64,000 nucleotides of DNA from Octopus sinensis (GCF_006345805.1 NC_042999.1:52514001-52578000); one strand, 5' to 3'. Numbered from the stretch's first letter, positions 11,000 through 29,665 are shown. Notes: generated by a model not told the origin, from the sequence alone. Made by a program: numbers and translations.

Positions 11000-11549
11000 T
11001 GAGGTATATTTGCCATCTCAATATGGCTAACCACTAAGGGTGGGTGTTACTGTAGCTTGTAGCCCCAGGAGCACATCTCCTCCAGCTGGCTATAGGCACA
11101 CTTTCTGTGCCCTATCGGTATTTGAGAAGGGAGGTCATCCTTCCCTCGTCAACCTAAGTGATACGCACGGACTGCAGTTTCTGGGTATTGACCCGTCATC
11201 AGCGTACGACAATCACCGGTTTTCGATGAAAGGAGTTCCCAATGCAAATATTTATATCCTTTTTCCAGTAACTTTTCGTCACTGATCTTGAAAAAGTGTA
11301 TACAAGCAATAATAAATCTCTGAACGAGCCCGTGCGTATCACTTAGGTTGACGAGGGAAGGATGACCTCCCTTTGCAAATACCGATAGGGCACAGAAAGT
11401 GTGCCTATATACAGCTGGAGGTGATGTTCTCTTGAGGCTTCAAGCTACAGTAACACCCACCCTTAGTGGTTAGCCATATTGAGATGGCAAATATACCTCA
11501 CATTGTCGTGCAGTTACTGTTTATACCTCGTTCAGAGATTTATTATTGA
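11000..11549. mobile_element. 550-bp fold-back PLE-like/retrozyme-like insertion with 13-bp TSD
   Basis: TSD gaatgttttattg at 10987-10999 and 11550-11562 duplicates the mariner NKTF codons. Inverted arms ~10998-11170 and ~11330-11502, plus a 47-nt unpaired tail 11503-11549. Copy at 58565-59112. Confidence 0.9.
11165..11207 (-). ncRNA. Minimal type I hammerhead ribozyme, GUC cleavage triplet
   Basis: guacg-CUGAUGA-cggg(ucaaua)ccca-GAAA-CUGCAG-UC/cgugc: stem I 5-6 bp, intact core, palindromic stem III ACUGCAGU. One C.A mismatch at the base of stem II. Confidence 0.85.
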
Positions 11550-12814
11550 GAATGTTTTATTGCTTATGAAAAGGTAAAAATGCTTAAAGAAGTGATGATC
11601 AATAGGAGAGATGACAGGGGAATATGAAGGATGTTGCAAAATCTCATAATTCAGGCTTTGCAACTTTTGGACTGTAGCTTGAGGAGTGTGAGGACATGCA
11701 TAGTCGTGGAGCAAAACTGGGCCATCTCTATTCACTGGTCTGGGTTGCTTCTTTTTCAAATTCTCTTGCATACTATCAATTTCCTGGCAATACGATGTGG
11801 CTGTTACTGTATTTCCTTGTTGCAAAATGAATAGCGAATAACTCCCTTTGCAGACCCCTATACAGTGACCACTAACATTTTAGGGTGCAATGGTGGGTTT
11901 GGGTGACTCTCCTGCATCTAACCACTGTCCTGTTCTCCCGCTGTTGTCAAAAAGTATCCATTTTTTATCACAAGTAATGATTTCATGTAAAAATAGTCTT
12001 TTTCCAGTCGAGAAAGCAATAAGGATCACACTTCGAGGCGTTTTTTTTTTTTAATCCTTTCAGTTGATGTGGAGCAAACCTATCCGTTTTCTTGACTTTT
12101 CCAGTTTCTTACAGGTGTCCAATAACAATTGTGTGCGATGTTTGGAATTCTTATGAAAGTTTTCGAACCTTTATTCTCGGATTTTGTTCACCCAAAACAT
12201 TTAATCCATCATGCCGAATAACTGGTGTTGGCCTACCCCTTGGTTTATTTTCAAGGCTGAACCATCTCTGAACATTTCTGATGTCAACAAAACCATTAGC
12301 CGAGTGACCCAGTTTGTACCCATGCGAGAAAATCACACAACATAGTTTGGTTGTTATCATTTTCATAAGGTCTGTGCGTATGAATTTTGTATTCCAATAT
12401 TTTGGGGAAAGAAAAAGCGTGAAAATTAAATGCAAGGTATACATAATAGAGTTTTTAAATGACTCGAATAACAAGTTATTAAAAATGCGACATTTCATGT
12501 GAAATATATGAGCAGATGTCTGTCATACAGGAACAAAGAGGCGCAAAGTAGGTAGAGGGTTAACAAACTAAACATCATAGCAGAGAAGGTGCGAGGGTGC
12601 AATAATGGGGTGTGAAGTAGACAAGGGTGGGGTGTGACACAGTAGCTGTGAAAGGAAGACAGCTATAACGAATTAGTAATTATGTTGTCATATTTTTTCA
12701 CCCTTAAAGAATGCAGTTTCTGTTCAGCACTGTTCTGCCTGAAGCGACCTGAGCCATGTGTTTCTGTGTGTGTGTGGGGTGTGTGTGTGTGAGAGAGAGA
12801 AAGATAGAAAGAGA

Positions 12815-12848
<34 letters not shown>

Positions 12849-12993
12849 AAGAAAGAAAGAAAGAGAGTGTTTGTGTGTGCATGTGTACTACAAATACATA
12901 AGCGTTGTGTATATATACATATAAGGTGCATATATAAGTGTTGTGTATAAATATATCATACCGAGGCTATTGCCGCTTGTGTTTTTGTTATTG

Positions 12994-13025
<32 letters not shown>

Positions 13026-13299
13026 GTTTGCTGTGATAGTGTGGTGGTCGTTGCAGTTGTGAACCGGTTATGCTGTTAGTAGTGTAATAGCAGAGTGGTA
13101 ATGTTGTTGAGGTTGCTAGTGTTGCGCTTTCATGTGGGTAATGCTATTTTCGTAGAGGGGTCGTCAATGGTATATTCGTCGTAACCATGGTTCCGTTGCT
13201 AGCATCGTGGAAGAGCGTAGTGGAGTGGGGGACGTGTTTGATAGTTATACTGGTAGTGGTGCTGGTGATGCTGCTGCTGCTGTTGCTGTTGCTGCTGAG

Positions 13300-13630
13300 C
13301 GAAGCTGTCTTCGTCCCAGAGCTCGCAGTGGGAGAAGTCCGAATCGTGGTCCTTTGCTATTCGTAAGACCCGCAGAAGAGAAAGCAGGTCAACCCCCGAC
13401 ACCGAGACCATCGACGGATGGATGAATGCGCATCCAGGCTCAGCGGTTGCGTAGGAAGTCGGGAACAAGAAACAGGAAGAAAGAGTGAGAGAAAGTTGGA
13501 GCGAAAGAGTGCAACAGGGGTCGCCACCACCCCCTGCGGAGCCTCGTGGAGATTTAGGTGTTTTCGCTCAATAAACACACACAACGCTCCGACCGCGAGT
13601 CCGCTGCCCTAACCACTGGGCCATTGTGCC
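13300..13630 (-). mobile_element. Further tRNA-headed SINE family (copy at ~60870-61190)
   Basis: Reverse-complement head ggaggcacaatggcccagtggttagggcagcggactcgcggtc followed by a non-tRNA body. Confidence 0.65.
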
Positions 13631-14429
13631 TCCTGCTGCTGCTGTCGATGAAGAGGGTGTAGTGTTGGTGTGGCTTTTGTTGGCGATAGGGTTGTTGGGT
13701 TGATGTTGAGGATATATATATATATATATATATGTATAAGGGTGAAAAGGAACACACGAGTTGATATATATGAAAAAACAAGTCGGAAGTAGGTATTAAG
13801 TTTCATACATTACTGTGCATAAGACCCACATATTCTTCCACACAGTACCAGTCATACGTAAACAGGTTCACAGTCACAGAGTGAGAGAGAGAGGAATGGA
13901 ATGACAAAGAGACGCTCTCTAGATACGTACAAGCAAACAATCATGATTATCTCAACTGTTTATTCTTCTCCTATATTTGTACGATGCTTTACGTATAACC
14001 TTGCCAAGGTACGTATCACCTTACCAAGTTATGTATCACCTGAACTGAAGCGTCTTGTCCTACGGGGGGAGATAACACGACGCGACAAGATGATACTCTA
14101 AGAAAAGGCTGACAGCAACTAGCAGACTCTCTGTAATCCGCGTTTAATTCTAATTAAATAAAGCTCTTTGTAGCTTTATTGTGTCTGTCAATAGACAATT
14201 CATAAAAGAAGGAAATATGCATGTGTGTGTGTGTGTGTGTGTGCGTGCGTATGTGTGCGTATGTGTCACTGATGTGGATATGTGTTCTATGTGTTTGTAG
14301 ATATACAAGCATATTTATGAATAGATGATTGTAGGCATGTATATATATATATATACACACACACATATATATATACATATGTGTATACATGTATGTATAT
14401 ACATATATATATATGTGTGTGTGTGTGTC

Positions 14430-14590
14430 TTCCCTTCTCTGGATCTTTCCTTCTCCTATGTTTCCGACGAAGAACTCCGCTCGAAACGTTAGAAACTCCT
14501 TCTTTCCTGAGCGTCCAATAATACTATATCTGTTCCACGTCCTCGCGTTGTGTGTGTTGTGCTTTTCGTGCTTTCTTGTTTGGATTAACT
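14430..14590 (+). mobile_element. PLE-type terminal remnant ending in (TA)n; degenerate HHR at 14460-14496
   Basis: guuu-CCGACGA-a-gaac(ucc)gcuc-GAAA-cg-UU-agaaac (U4>C change); ends ggattaac(ta)n. Confidence 0.65.
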
Positions 14591-14597
14591 ATATATA

Positions 14598-14709
<112 letters not shown>

Positions 14710-14715
14710 TGTATG

Positions 14716-14788
<73 letters not shown>

Positions 14789-14800
14789 CATGCATGTATG

Positions 14801-14831
<31 letters not shown>

Positions 14832-14859
14832 ATACATATATGTATGCATGTATGTTACT

Positions 14860-15060
14860 TTCGCCATGGTAAATCGTTAGCCACTAAACCTTTTTCTATT
14901 TTCTCTCCTTGTTTATTTATGTGATCCTTTCTGTGGAAGAGCGTAGGCTCAAAACGTTAAAGACTGTCTCACTTCCCGAGCGTTAAGCTAATACATCTTT
15001 TTGTTGTTTACGCACCCATCGCTGTCTTTGTTTATTTTTTTGTAAATTCCCACTACGTAT
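14860..15060 (+). mobile_element. Second PLE-type terminal remnant; degenerate HHR at 14927-14963
   Basis: cuuu-CUGUGGA-a-gagc(guag)gcuc-AAAA-cg-UU-aaag (A6 and G12 changed); ends cccactac followed by TATG repeats. Confidence 0.55.
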
Positions 15061-15089
15061 CTATGTATCTATGTATGCATGTATGTATG

Positions 15090-15720
15090 CATGTTACAGT
15101 GAGAGTGCATTGCGTAGTAATAAGTGTGTTGCTCACAAGATGTCGAGATCGTGGTTTCAGTTCCTGGGGGTGCTATGTTGTTGAGGAAAGCACTTCATTT
15201 CACGTTGTTTTGAGATCACTTCGACACCCGGCGTTTGGAACACAATGCACCTATTCATGCAATGTCGATTTGATGCAGAGAATGAGCTAATGCACAGCAA
15301 TTACATTATTAGCTCACTATAAACAAATCATGAGTGTAGGTCGTTCAACAAGATATTGCAGAACTGAGACTACTGTGAACTTCATATTTGTACATATAAC
15401 AGCATGTGTGCTTGTGTCTCGATATTTGTGCATGTATATATGCCTTTATTTATGAAATTATGTATGTACCCGGAACCATGCGATTGGGAAGCAAGCTTCT
15501 TATCACACAGCCCTAGACGGGTTGGTGCGTTATGTTCTTGGGCCAAGCACATCATCTCACAATGCTCTGCGATCGCTTCAACACCATGCACCTGTTCAGA
15601 CAACGTCAATTTGATGAAGAGAGAGAGAGAGCAAATGTACAGCACATAGATTTGTCGTTATAAACAAATCATTAGTGCAGATCGTTCGGCAAAAGCTGAA
15701 CGCTCATACGTCGCCCAGCA
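15090..15720 (+). mobile_element. Two diverged SINE-like fragments sharing a 3' segment (…tataaacaaatcat…gtcgttc)
   Basis: tRNA-like heads and a shared tail at ~15320-15350 and ~15660-15690; mirrored at ~24620-25250. Confidence 0.5.
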
Positions 15721-16174
15721 TCCAAGTGTAGGAAGTTAGCGAGCTTCAAGCTCTTGTACAGATAACAAAAAGCGGAAAATATACGAGAAGATATATTTTC
15801 TTATATATTGTCCGCTTTTTGTCATCTGTACAAAATCATGAAGCGCACTAACTTCCTACTACCTCTTCCATATGGAAGTTAAAATGAGTGTCGGTAAGCT
15901 GAACAGCCACGATACAACTGAAGATCGGTCAGAATGCGAATAAAAACCCAAAAGATAAGGAGTGCAATAGTGACCTAATGATTTGCTAGGTTGGTTTGAG
16001 TTTGTTACAGCTTATGTAACAGACTTCAGCCTGCAACGAAACAGTCCGTGCTTTGCGTGTTCCACTCCTTATCTTTTGTATGCATGCATGTATGTATGTA
16101 TGTATGTATGTATGTATGTATGTATTTATTTATGTATGTATGTATATATTTATATACATATATATACATATATG

Positions 16175-16241
<67 letters not shown>

Positions 16242-17479
16242 GTATGTATATACGCATTAGGGTGGAAATCTTAGACATCCTTAAAATTCGAGAGATGATG
16301 CGCTGCGGAAGGCACTGTTTAAAGCAAAAGGTCTTCATGAGAAGCCATAATTTTAAAGCTGCCTAATATAAAAGCTGGTATGCAAGAGTAAGGTGATCAG
16401 AAACCATTTAAACTGCAGGACAAATATGATGTATTATTTCAGAAGGCGTCTGTAGAGGATGACCTACATATCGTACAGACATCTGTCATTATAATTCAAT
16501 CATATACATAGGTCTAATCATGTTACTTCATTTTTTCTTCTGTGCTAACTTGCTGCAGATTTCGCCAGTTGAAACTTCAAAGCCATAAATCTGTAGAGAA
16601 GTGGGTGAGCTTATTATGAACAACGAATAACGAGGCGCCGGTCGTTTGACAAAATGAATCAATCATTATGTCCTTATTTCGTAGATGCCTATATTTTCTT
16701 TCAGATTTATATGGTGGTCTTCGGAAATTCAAAACTTTTTTTCTTTATTCAAGTCAGGTCACTTTCAAGGATTCGCGAATATGTGGGTTAGATGGGTTTA
16801 TGTATGGATATTTATATAAACTTGTACTCATTTATTGGTTGTGTGTACATGGTCTCTTTTGTACACATGTGCGCTTATGTAAGAGCGTGGTTACACTCCA
16901 GGCATGTCTGTATGTATATAACACACACACACATATACATTGTGAATATGCTCCTTCTTGAAGAAACAAATCGTTATTCGTTGGAATATTGTGAAAATCG
17001 GTGCAACAAATCGATTCGATTTGGAAGATGCGATTTGCTTTGTTGTTGCTTTGGAAACTTTCAGTGTTGATATTTATAATAGTGACTTCATACGAAGTCG
17101 ATTCTCAGACAAAAATCACTTCATTGCCAGCGGTAATTTAATACTAGACATTTGTAATGAAGAATTTCTGAATCAATAGGAAAAAAAAAAGACTTCAGAC
17201 TTATATTACATTTCTCTGACAAAAGAAACATTGCAAAATTTTAACAAAAGACAATTTAGAAAATCTCTTATGACGGCTAAATTCGCACGACATTATTACA
17301 GCAACATACAATTGTATTCTCTTTAACAAACTTTTGTTTCACCGTTAAATGAATTTATAAAGAGTTTCTTTTGCTGTGTCACTGCCAAAGCTGACACCTT
17401 ATGTAGATCTTACATCGGATTAGCATATAATCCCTTCGAAATAAGGCTTACCCAGCATACGCAAACACACATGCATGCA

Positions 17480-17790
17480 CACACAGAGACATACAAACAC
17501 ATACACACACAATGCACACAAGACTGTCTATAGCAATAGAAGAGCTAGAAAACAATGCTTAAAGGAGAGTGTCTGTATTACTTTTAGCTGGGAAATTATA
17601 ATATTACACGCGTGCGGGCGTGTATGTGTGTGTACATGGACACACAGAGAAATACACACACATACACACGCAATACACACAGGACTGTCTATAGCAATAG
17701 AAGAACTAGAAAACAAAGCTTAAAGGAGAGTGTCTCTATTACTTTTAGCTGGGAAATTATAATGCTACACGCGTGCGGGCGTGTATGTGT
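17480..17790 (+). repeat. Tandem duplication of a ~155-bp unit
   Basis: gactgtctatagcaatagaaga(g/a)ctagaaaac...cttttagctgggaaattataat...acgcgtgcgggcgtgtatg occurs twice in succession. Confidence 0.9.
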
Positions 17791-17984
17791 GTGTCTGTGT
17801 CCGTGTGTTAATAAACATCAACAATGTAAACGAATGTGAGCCCATGGCCCTGGCACACATTTCAAAATCGAAGATTTCGACGCGGTCATAGTTCTCTGAC
17901 AGAGTTCAAAGTTGACGGACACAGGTAAGAAAAAAAAATAGAACGAAACGAAGAACTTGTAGTGACGCTATACAGCGGCGCGCG

Positions 17985-18295
17985 CGCGCACCGTCCATTT
18001 TCTATTTCGCGCGTGTTGGTGCCTTCACCAAGGCAGAGAGAGGAGGGGCCCTCTCGCGCATGCGCGAAGCACCGGAAGAAGAACCCTTTTGCCTACGTGG
18101 CAGTTAGCCGAGGCAAGGGGATCGTAGAACGTTTGACCACTAGCAGCAGTCAGCAGCGACTTGAGACATGGCTATCAAAGGTACAACACGTATATTCTCT
18201 CTGTCCGAATTTGATTCTAGCAGCAGCCTTTACCGAAAGCTTTTAACCAAATTGTTGCAGACTACATCATCTTCCTTTCTCCGGACGCCATCTTT
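17985..18295. promoter_or_regulatory. CpG-rich promoter-like patch (NRF1-, ETS- and YY1-like motifs); inverted copy at ~21970-22300
   Basis: (GC)n at ~17990, palindrome tcgcgcatgcgcga 18054-18067, ccggaag 18072-18078, cgccatctt 18286-18294, in an otherwise CpG-poor context. Confidence 0.45.
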
Positions 18296-18740
18296 GACAA
18301 GTGTCGTTTTGCATTTGAACACTTTCTTATTTTACAGCGATAAGGTTCAGCTGAGACACATCTATACCAAAGGGATGCCAGATACACCAATTATCTGTTA
18401 CCACATAAGAGAATAAAGTAGATATATATTATTTACGTCTGCGTCTTGTTGTTTCTGACTGGTAGAATCTGGATTATTAAAGCAACGGGAGGTGATTGCT
18501 TCTCGCACCCCCAAAAGGTCCAGAGAAGATATTCACACTTTCGTTAAAAACTAATGGTGACATATGGAGAGATCATGCGGAAAAATGGTAGGATTAATGG
18601 TTAGGTGATATCTGGTATCTGGTATAAATACAATATTAGTTAAGTGCAGTGTGGCGTTGAGTGAGTAGAGGTGTTACGAGATATGTCAGCTCTGATGAGG
18701 AGAAAGCGCTGTAGTAACGGTAGAAAAGCTAGAGGGAGCA

Positions 18741-18817
18741 GAGAGTACATTAGTGGCCGAGAGTACATCAGTGGCCGAGAGTACATCAGTGGCCGAGAGT
18801 ACATCAGTGGCCGAGAG
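18741..18817 (+). repeat. Minisatellite, 4.3 x 18 bp (gagagtacatcagtggcc)
   Basis: Directly adjacent units, one substitution in the first. Confidence 0.95.
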
Positions 18818-19069
18818 ATTTGAATGCGTTAGTAAATGACCACAATATAAAATGAAAAATTCTGTCCTTCTTCAAAGCTTAAGCAAACAACAATATGACA
18901 CACCGCATCTACACACCTGGAAGATAGGAAATACTTGTCCGCGATTATTTCTCGTATAAAGTTGTTCGCATTTGATTCACCATAACTACACAATATTCAG
19001 ATTAGGGAGCTGAATCGACTGTTCTTTGTTCTCTTTAGTTTATTCTTTAATTCTTTAATTCTTTTTCTT

Positions 19070-19430
19070 GTTTCAGTCATTTGACTGCGGCTATGCTGGA
19101 GCATCGCCTTTAGTTGAACAACCGACCTCGGCACTTATTCTTTATAAGCCTAGTACTTATTCTATCGGTCTCTTTTGCCGAACAGCTAATGTACGGGGAT
19201 GAAAACCCACCAGCATGGTTGACAAGCGATACTGGGTGGGGGGGGAGAAACACAGACACACATACATATACATACGACGGGCTTCTTTCAATTTCCGTGT
19301 ACCAAATCCACTCACAAGGGTTTGGTCGGCCCGAGGCTATGGTAGAAGACACTTGCCCAAAGTGCCATGCAGTGGGACTGAACCCGGAACCATGTGGTTG
19401 GCAAGCAAATTACTACACAGCCACTCCTTG
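19070..19430 (-). mobile_element. SINE family 1
   Basis: Reverse-complement match; followed by (CT)n(TA)n at 19437-19580. Confidence 0.85.
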
Positions 19431-19450
19431 TACATCTTTCTCTCTCTCTC

Positions 19451-21415
<1,965 letters not shown>

Positions 21416-21573
21416 AGACACAAGATAGCACCAAACAAGCAGGAGGAACCAAAAGTAATAAAAATTATTAATCTAACTCACAAGGAACTAACAGCAAACC
21501 AAATAAACATACTTTCCAAAGGACTCAAGTTTACACCCACCCCACAACACCCCAACTACAATGAAATGAAAGA
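21416..21573 (+). mobile_element. Inverted N-terminal fragment of a PLE ORF (5' inversion junction)
   Basis: Frame from 21416 reads RHKIAPNKQEEPKVIKIINLTHKELTANQINILSKGLKFTPTPQHPNYNEMKE; NL...LT......L.KGL.F.PTP is the conserved PLE N-terminal motif. Too short to appear in the ORF track. Confidence 0.85.
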
Positions 21574-26508
<4,935 letters not shown>

Positions 26509-26994
26509 AATTACATATATCTATTTATATATACGTATAAATATGCGTGTATGTGTATATGCGTATGTGTATGTGTGTGTATGTGAGAGAAAGAAAGAGG
26601 GAATTGGTGTTTTTATGGCTATGATATTGTCATAGAAACAACAGTGCATGCACGTGTGTTTGGCTGTGTGTATAGATGTCTATAAACAATAATAATAACA
26701 AGATTGTTAAGAACGACATAAATGAATAAATATATTGACAAACATCCGAATGTCTACCAAGCTGTCTGTCTACTGTCTAGCTACTCTATCTGCATGTCTG
26801 TATAGGTATGCATGTGTGTGCGTATGTATGTATGTATGTATGTATGTATGTGTATGTATGTATGTATGTATGTATGTATGTATGTATGAATGTATGTATG
26901 TATAGGTGTATGCATTGATGCATGTGTACATGTATGCATGTATGAATGTATGTATGTATGTATGTATGTATGCATGTTTGCATGTAAGTATGCA

Positions 26995-27055
<61 letters not shown>

Positions 27056-27118
27056 GTGTGTCTGTCTATGGATGTGTCTACGTGTCACTCTCTACTGATA
27101 CGCACACTCAGATACATA

Positions 27119-27162
<44 letters not shown>

Positions 27163-27206
27163 TAAACACATACACATATAGGGTGAGACATATATACATA
27201 TATGTA

Positions 27207-28042
27207 CAGGGTGTTCAGGATTTGACAATTTTTCATATGTAGTATATTTTTAGCAACAGCTTGATATTTTGGTGAGCAATCAACTGCCTTTGTAGGTGAA
27301 TAAAAGTTAGCAGACACGCAGAACTAGAAACCATCTGAATATCAGAAAAGAGTTACCAGTATCATGATGGTTCGCGCCGGGTGTCAAAGCGCCGGCGTCA
27401 TAACTGCTGATCAATGCCATGTGAGCTCTGTAAAAGCAAGTAAGACGTGAGATGGGCAGCGACAACTAAGGAGACCGTGGCCAGTAGGAAGGGTTACAGA
27501 AGGCGTTCTGACTGCCGCTGCACGCCGGAATTCCTCCCCCCACACCAACCTCTGAACAGGACATTAATCCCTATTCAAACGACTATGCAAAGCTGCTGGA
27601 GACTGTCGTCAATCCCTGGCTAGAGTGGGTTATTGTTGGAAGGTCATATGCGTGCCGACAAAAGAATTCAACTCCTCGCTATACCCCCGGAAAAAGTCAG
27701 AAGTGGTTGTCGGAAAGAGTTAGAAGTCATTTCTACGACTACACCAGCCCCAATTTCTGACCTCCCAATTCCTACGACTGCCATCCATTGGAAGGAGCGC
27801 AGTTGAGGAAGACACCAAACTCACTGTCTGCAACACCAAGGATTCAGTGAGGAACGCATTCCCCAGATTCCGGGGTCGTCTTGAAACCGTGGTTCAAGCT
27901 GAGGGCGGCTACTTTAAGTTATACCTATTGCTCCTATTGTTTGCTTCTGTGAGCAATTCTGTAGCGTTCGGTTGTAGTTTTTCACTAATGTTTAATTATA
28001 TATTATCTCAAATGGTTTCACTACATAGTGAGTGCCCCTTGT
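27207..28042 (+). mobile_element. Highly decayed Tc1/mariner transposon remnant, DD37D (maT)-like
   Basis: Starts TA|cagggtgttc. Relic peptides INPYSNDYAKLLETVVNPWLEWVIVGRSYA, KSQKWLSER and RFRGRLETVVQAEGGYF resemble the C-terminal half of DD37D transposases. Confidence 0.7.
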
Positions 28043-28069
28043 TTTGTTTATTTATTTATTTTCTAACTG

Positions 28070-28540
28070 AATGGTGATCTACATCAAGGGTATCTACATC
28101 CATGGGCTTCCCTCTGGCCAGACGGTTCAGAAAGAGTACTTTGTAGAGGCTTTGAATGAATAAAGGGAGATATTTTGTCGCCAAAGGGCAGAACACCTTT
28201 ATCCCAGATAAAGCACCAGTCTACAATTCCATCCTAGTAACAGACTACAAGTGATGGGCAGGGAAACTGACACTCACCCTCTCAACAGTTCAAACTTTGC
28301 TCCCTGTGACTTTTGGTTCTTCCCCAAGCTGAAGGAGAAAATGAAGGAGGCTGTAACAAGGGCCTTGGATGCTTTCACTTTCGGGGACGTCCATGGTGGC
28401 CTTTACGAAGTAGCTGGAGTGCTGCCACAAGTGCATTAAAGTCAGAGACTCCTACTTTATAGGGGATTACAGTTTTGCAGTACTTGAAAATGAATAAATA
28501 TAGTCTGAAAAGGTTTCAAAGTCCTGGAATACACTTTAGG
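28070..28540 (+). mobile_element. Mariner transposase 3' fragment
   Basis: LPSGQTVQKEYFVEAL, PDKAPVYNSILVTDY and HPLNSSNFAPCDFWFFPKLKEK are relics of the QDNAPVH and YSPDLAPCDFWLFPKLK motifs. Confidence 0.85.
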
Positions 28541-28658
28541 CATAGTTAAGAAGCCATGAAGTGATAAACAAGCACCTAGCTCCAAGTGCACTGCATCTTG
28601 TCGCAGAAACAGCTGTAAGCTAATGGAATGCATTAATTTCATATTCCCTTGTCAATAA

Positions 28659-28697
<39 letters not shown>

Positions 28698-28791
28698 TTA
28701 GGATATAATAATTAAAATGGCTAGCTAGTCAGTGGCTAGTGTATAAAAATCTACCATATCGGTAAAACTTTTAAGTATACAATTTTAAATA

Positions 28792-29070
28792 TATAATTAT
28801 AATTAAGGGTGTTGGAAGGCCAACACCAATACGTTAGAAGTAGATGCCAAATGTCTACAAGCCACTATAAATTTGCTCCCTATAACACAAGGGAGAATAA
28901 AGGAGAATGCGAAGGAATGGGCAAGAAAATTTTTGAAATTTCGGATAACCCTATATCTTAAGATTTCGTGTTCTGAAATAAAAATTACTTTACATTCTAC
29001 TAAAGAGTGTAATAGTATCTACTTCTAGCGTATTGCCGGTGGCCTTCCAGCGCCCTTAATTATAATTATA
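28792..29070. repeat. 279-bp fold-back element with ~56-bp imperfect terminal inverted repeats (MITE-like)
   Basis: tataattataattaagggtgttggaaggcc...ttagaagtagatgc (28792-28847) vs the reverse complement of 29015-29070; differences mostly C>T/G>A. Confidence 0.75.
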
Positions 29071-29138
29071 ATCATATTTCTATATTAGAAATATAGAATT
29101 TCTAAATGTCTCAGAGAGACATAAGCGGTGGTGAAGAG

Positions 29139-29319
29139 ATATAGTGGTCGTATACCGTCAACTCAATGTGACAGTCCCGTAAGGGAATTACACCACCACC
29201 ATTTAGCACTAGGAAACATCGACGTCTCCTGTCACAGCCGACAGGAGACGTCGATGTTTCCTAGGGCTAAATGGCGTAAGGGACTGTCACGTTGAGTTGA
29301 CAGTATACGACCACTATAT
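29139..29319. repeat. ~180-bp near-perfect palindrome (~80-bp stem, 6-nt loop)
   Basis: atatagtggtcgtatac..gtgacagtccc..ccatttagc(a/c)ctaggaaacatcgacgtctcctgtc-acagcc-gacaggagacgtcgatgtttcctag..gtatacgaccactatat; ~15-20-nt insertion in the left arm. Confidence 0.92.
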
Positions 29320-29344
29320 TTTTATAATTATATACTTAAATACT

Positions 29345-29376
<32 letters not shown>

Positions 29377-29489
29377 TATATGCATATATATATATATATG
29401 CATATATATATATAAATCTCCCTATATATATGTGTATGTATGTATGTGTATATATATGTATATATATATATACATATATATATATACAC

Positions 29490-29553
<64 letters not shown>

Positions 29554-29568
29554 TATAATCATATATAC

Positions 29569-29618
<50 letters not shown>

Positions 29619-29633
29619 TATATATAATATAAA

Positions 29634-29665
<32 letters not shown>

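Larger units (their letters stand above)
10775..12504 (-). mobile_element. Decayed mariner (DD34D-type) transposon, interrupted at 11000-11549
   Basis: TIR ttaggttgtttcacatgaaatgtcg after TA at 10773-74; partial inverted TIR cgacatttcatgtgaaa at 12488-12504. Peptides VQRWF..RGRP (HTH), LLHDYACPH, HPSYSPVISPIDHHFF and C-terminal NKTF..KSYFD resemble mariner transposase. Stops and frameshifts present. Copy at 58340-60066. Confidence 0.92.
4337..13784. repeat. Segment A of a ~9.4-kb near-identical direct duplication (copy at 51918-61338)
   Basis: Sequence from tcatcaacattgaggag to tgaaaaaacaagtc recurs after the N gap. Differences seen are mostly homopolymer/microsatellite indels with few substitutions. 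Confidence 0.97.

Noticed and set aside
10998-11502. Symmetric MITE with TGT...ACA ends (Ginger-like)
   Set aside because: No exact short TSD at those ends (ttat vs ttgt). A perfect 13-bp TSD lies 47 nt further right and restores the mariner reading frame, so the insertion is asymmetric.
18741-18817. CRISPR-like short repeats
   Set aside because: Units are contiguous with no spacers, context is eukaryotic and there are no cas genes; it is a minisatellite.
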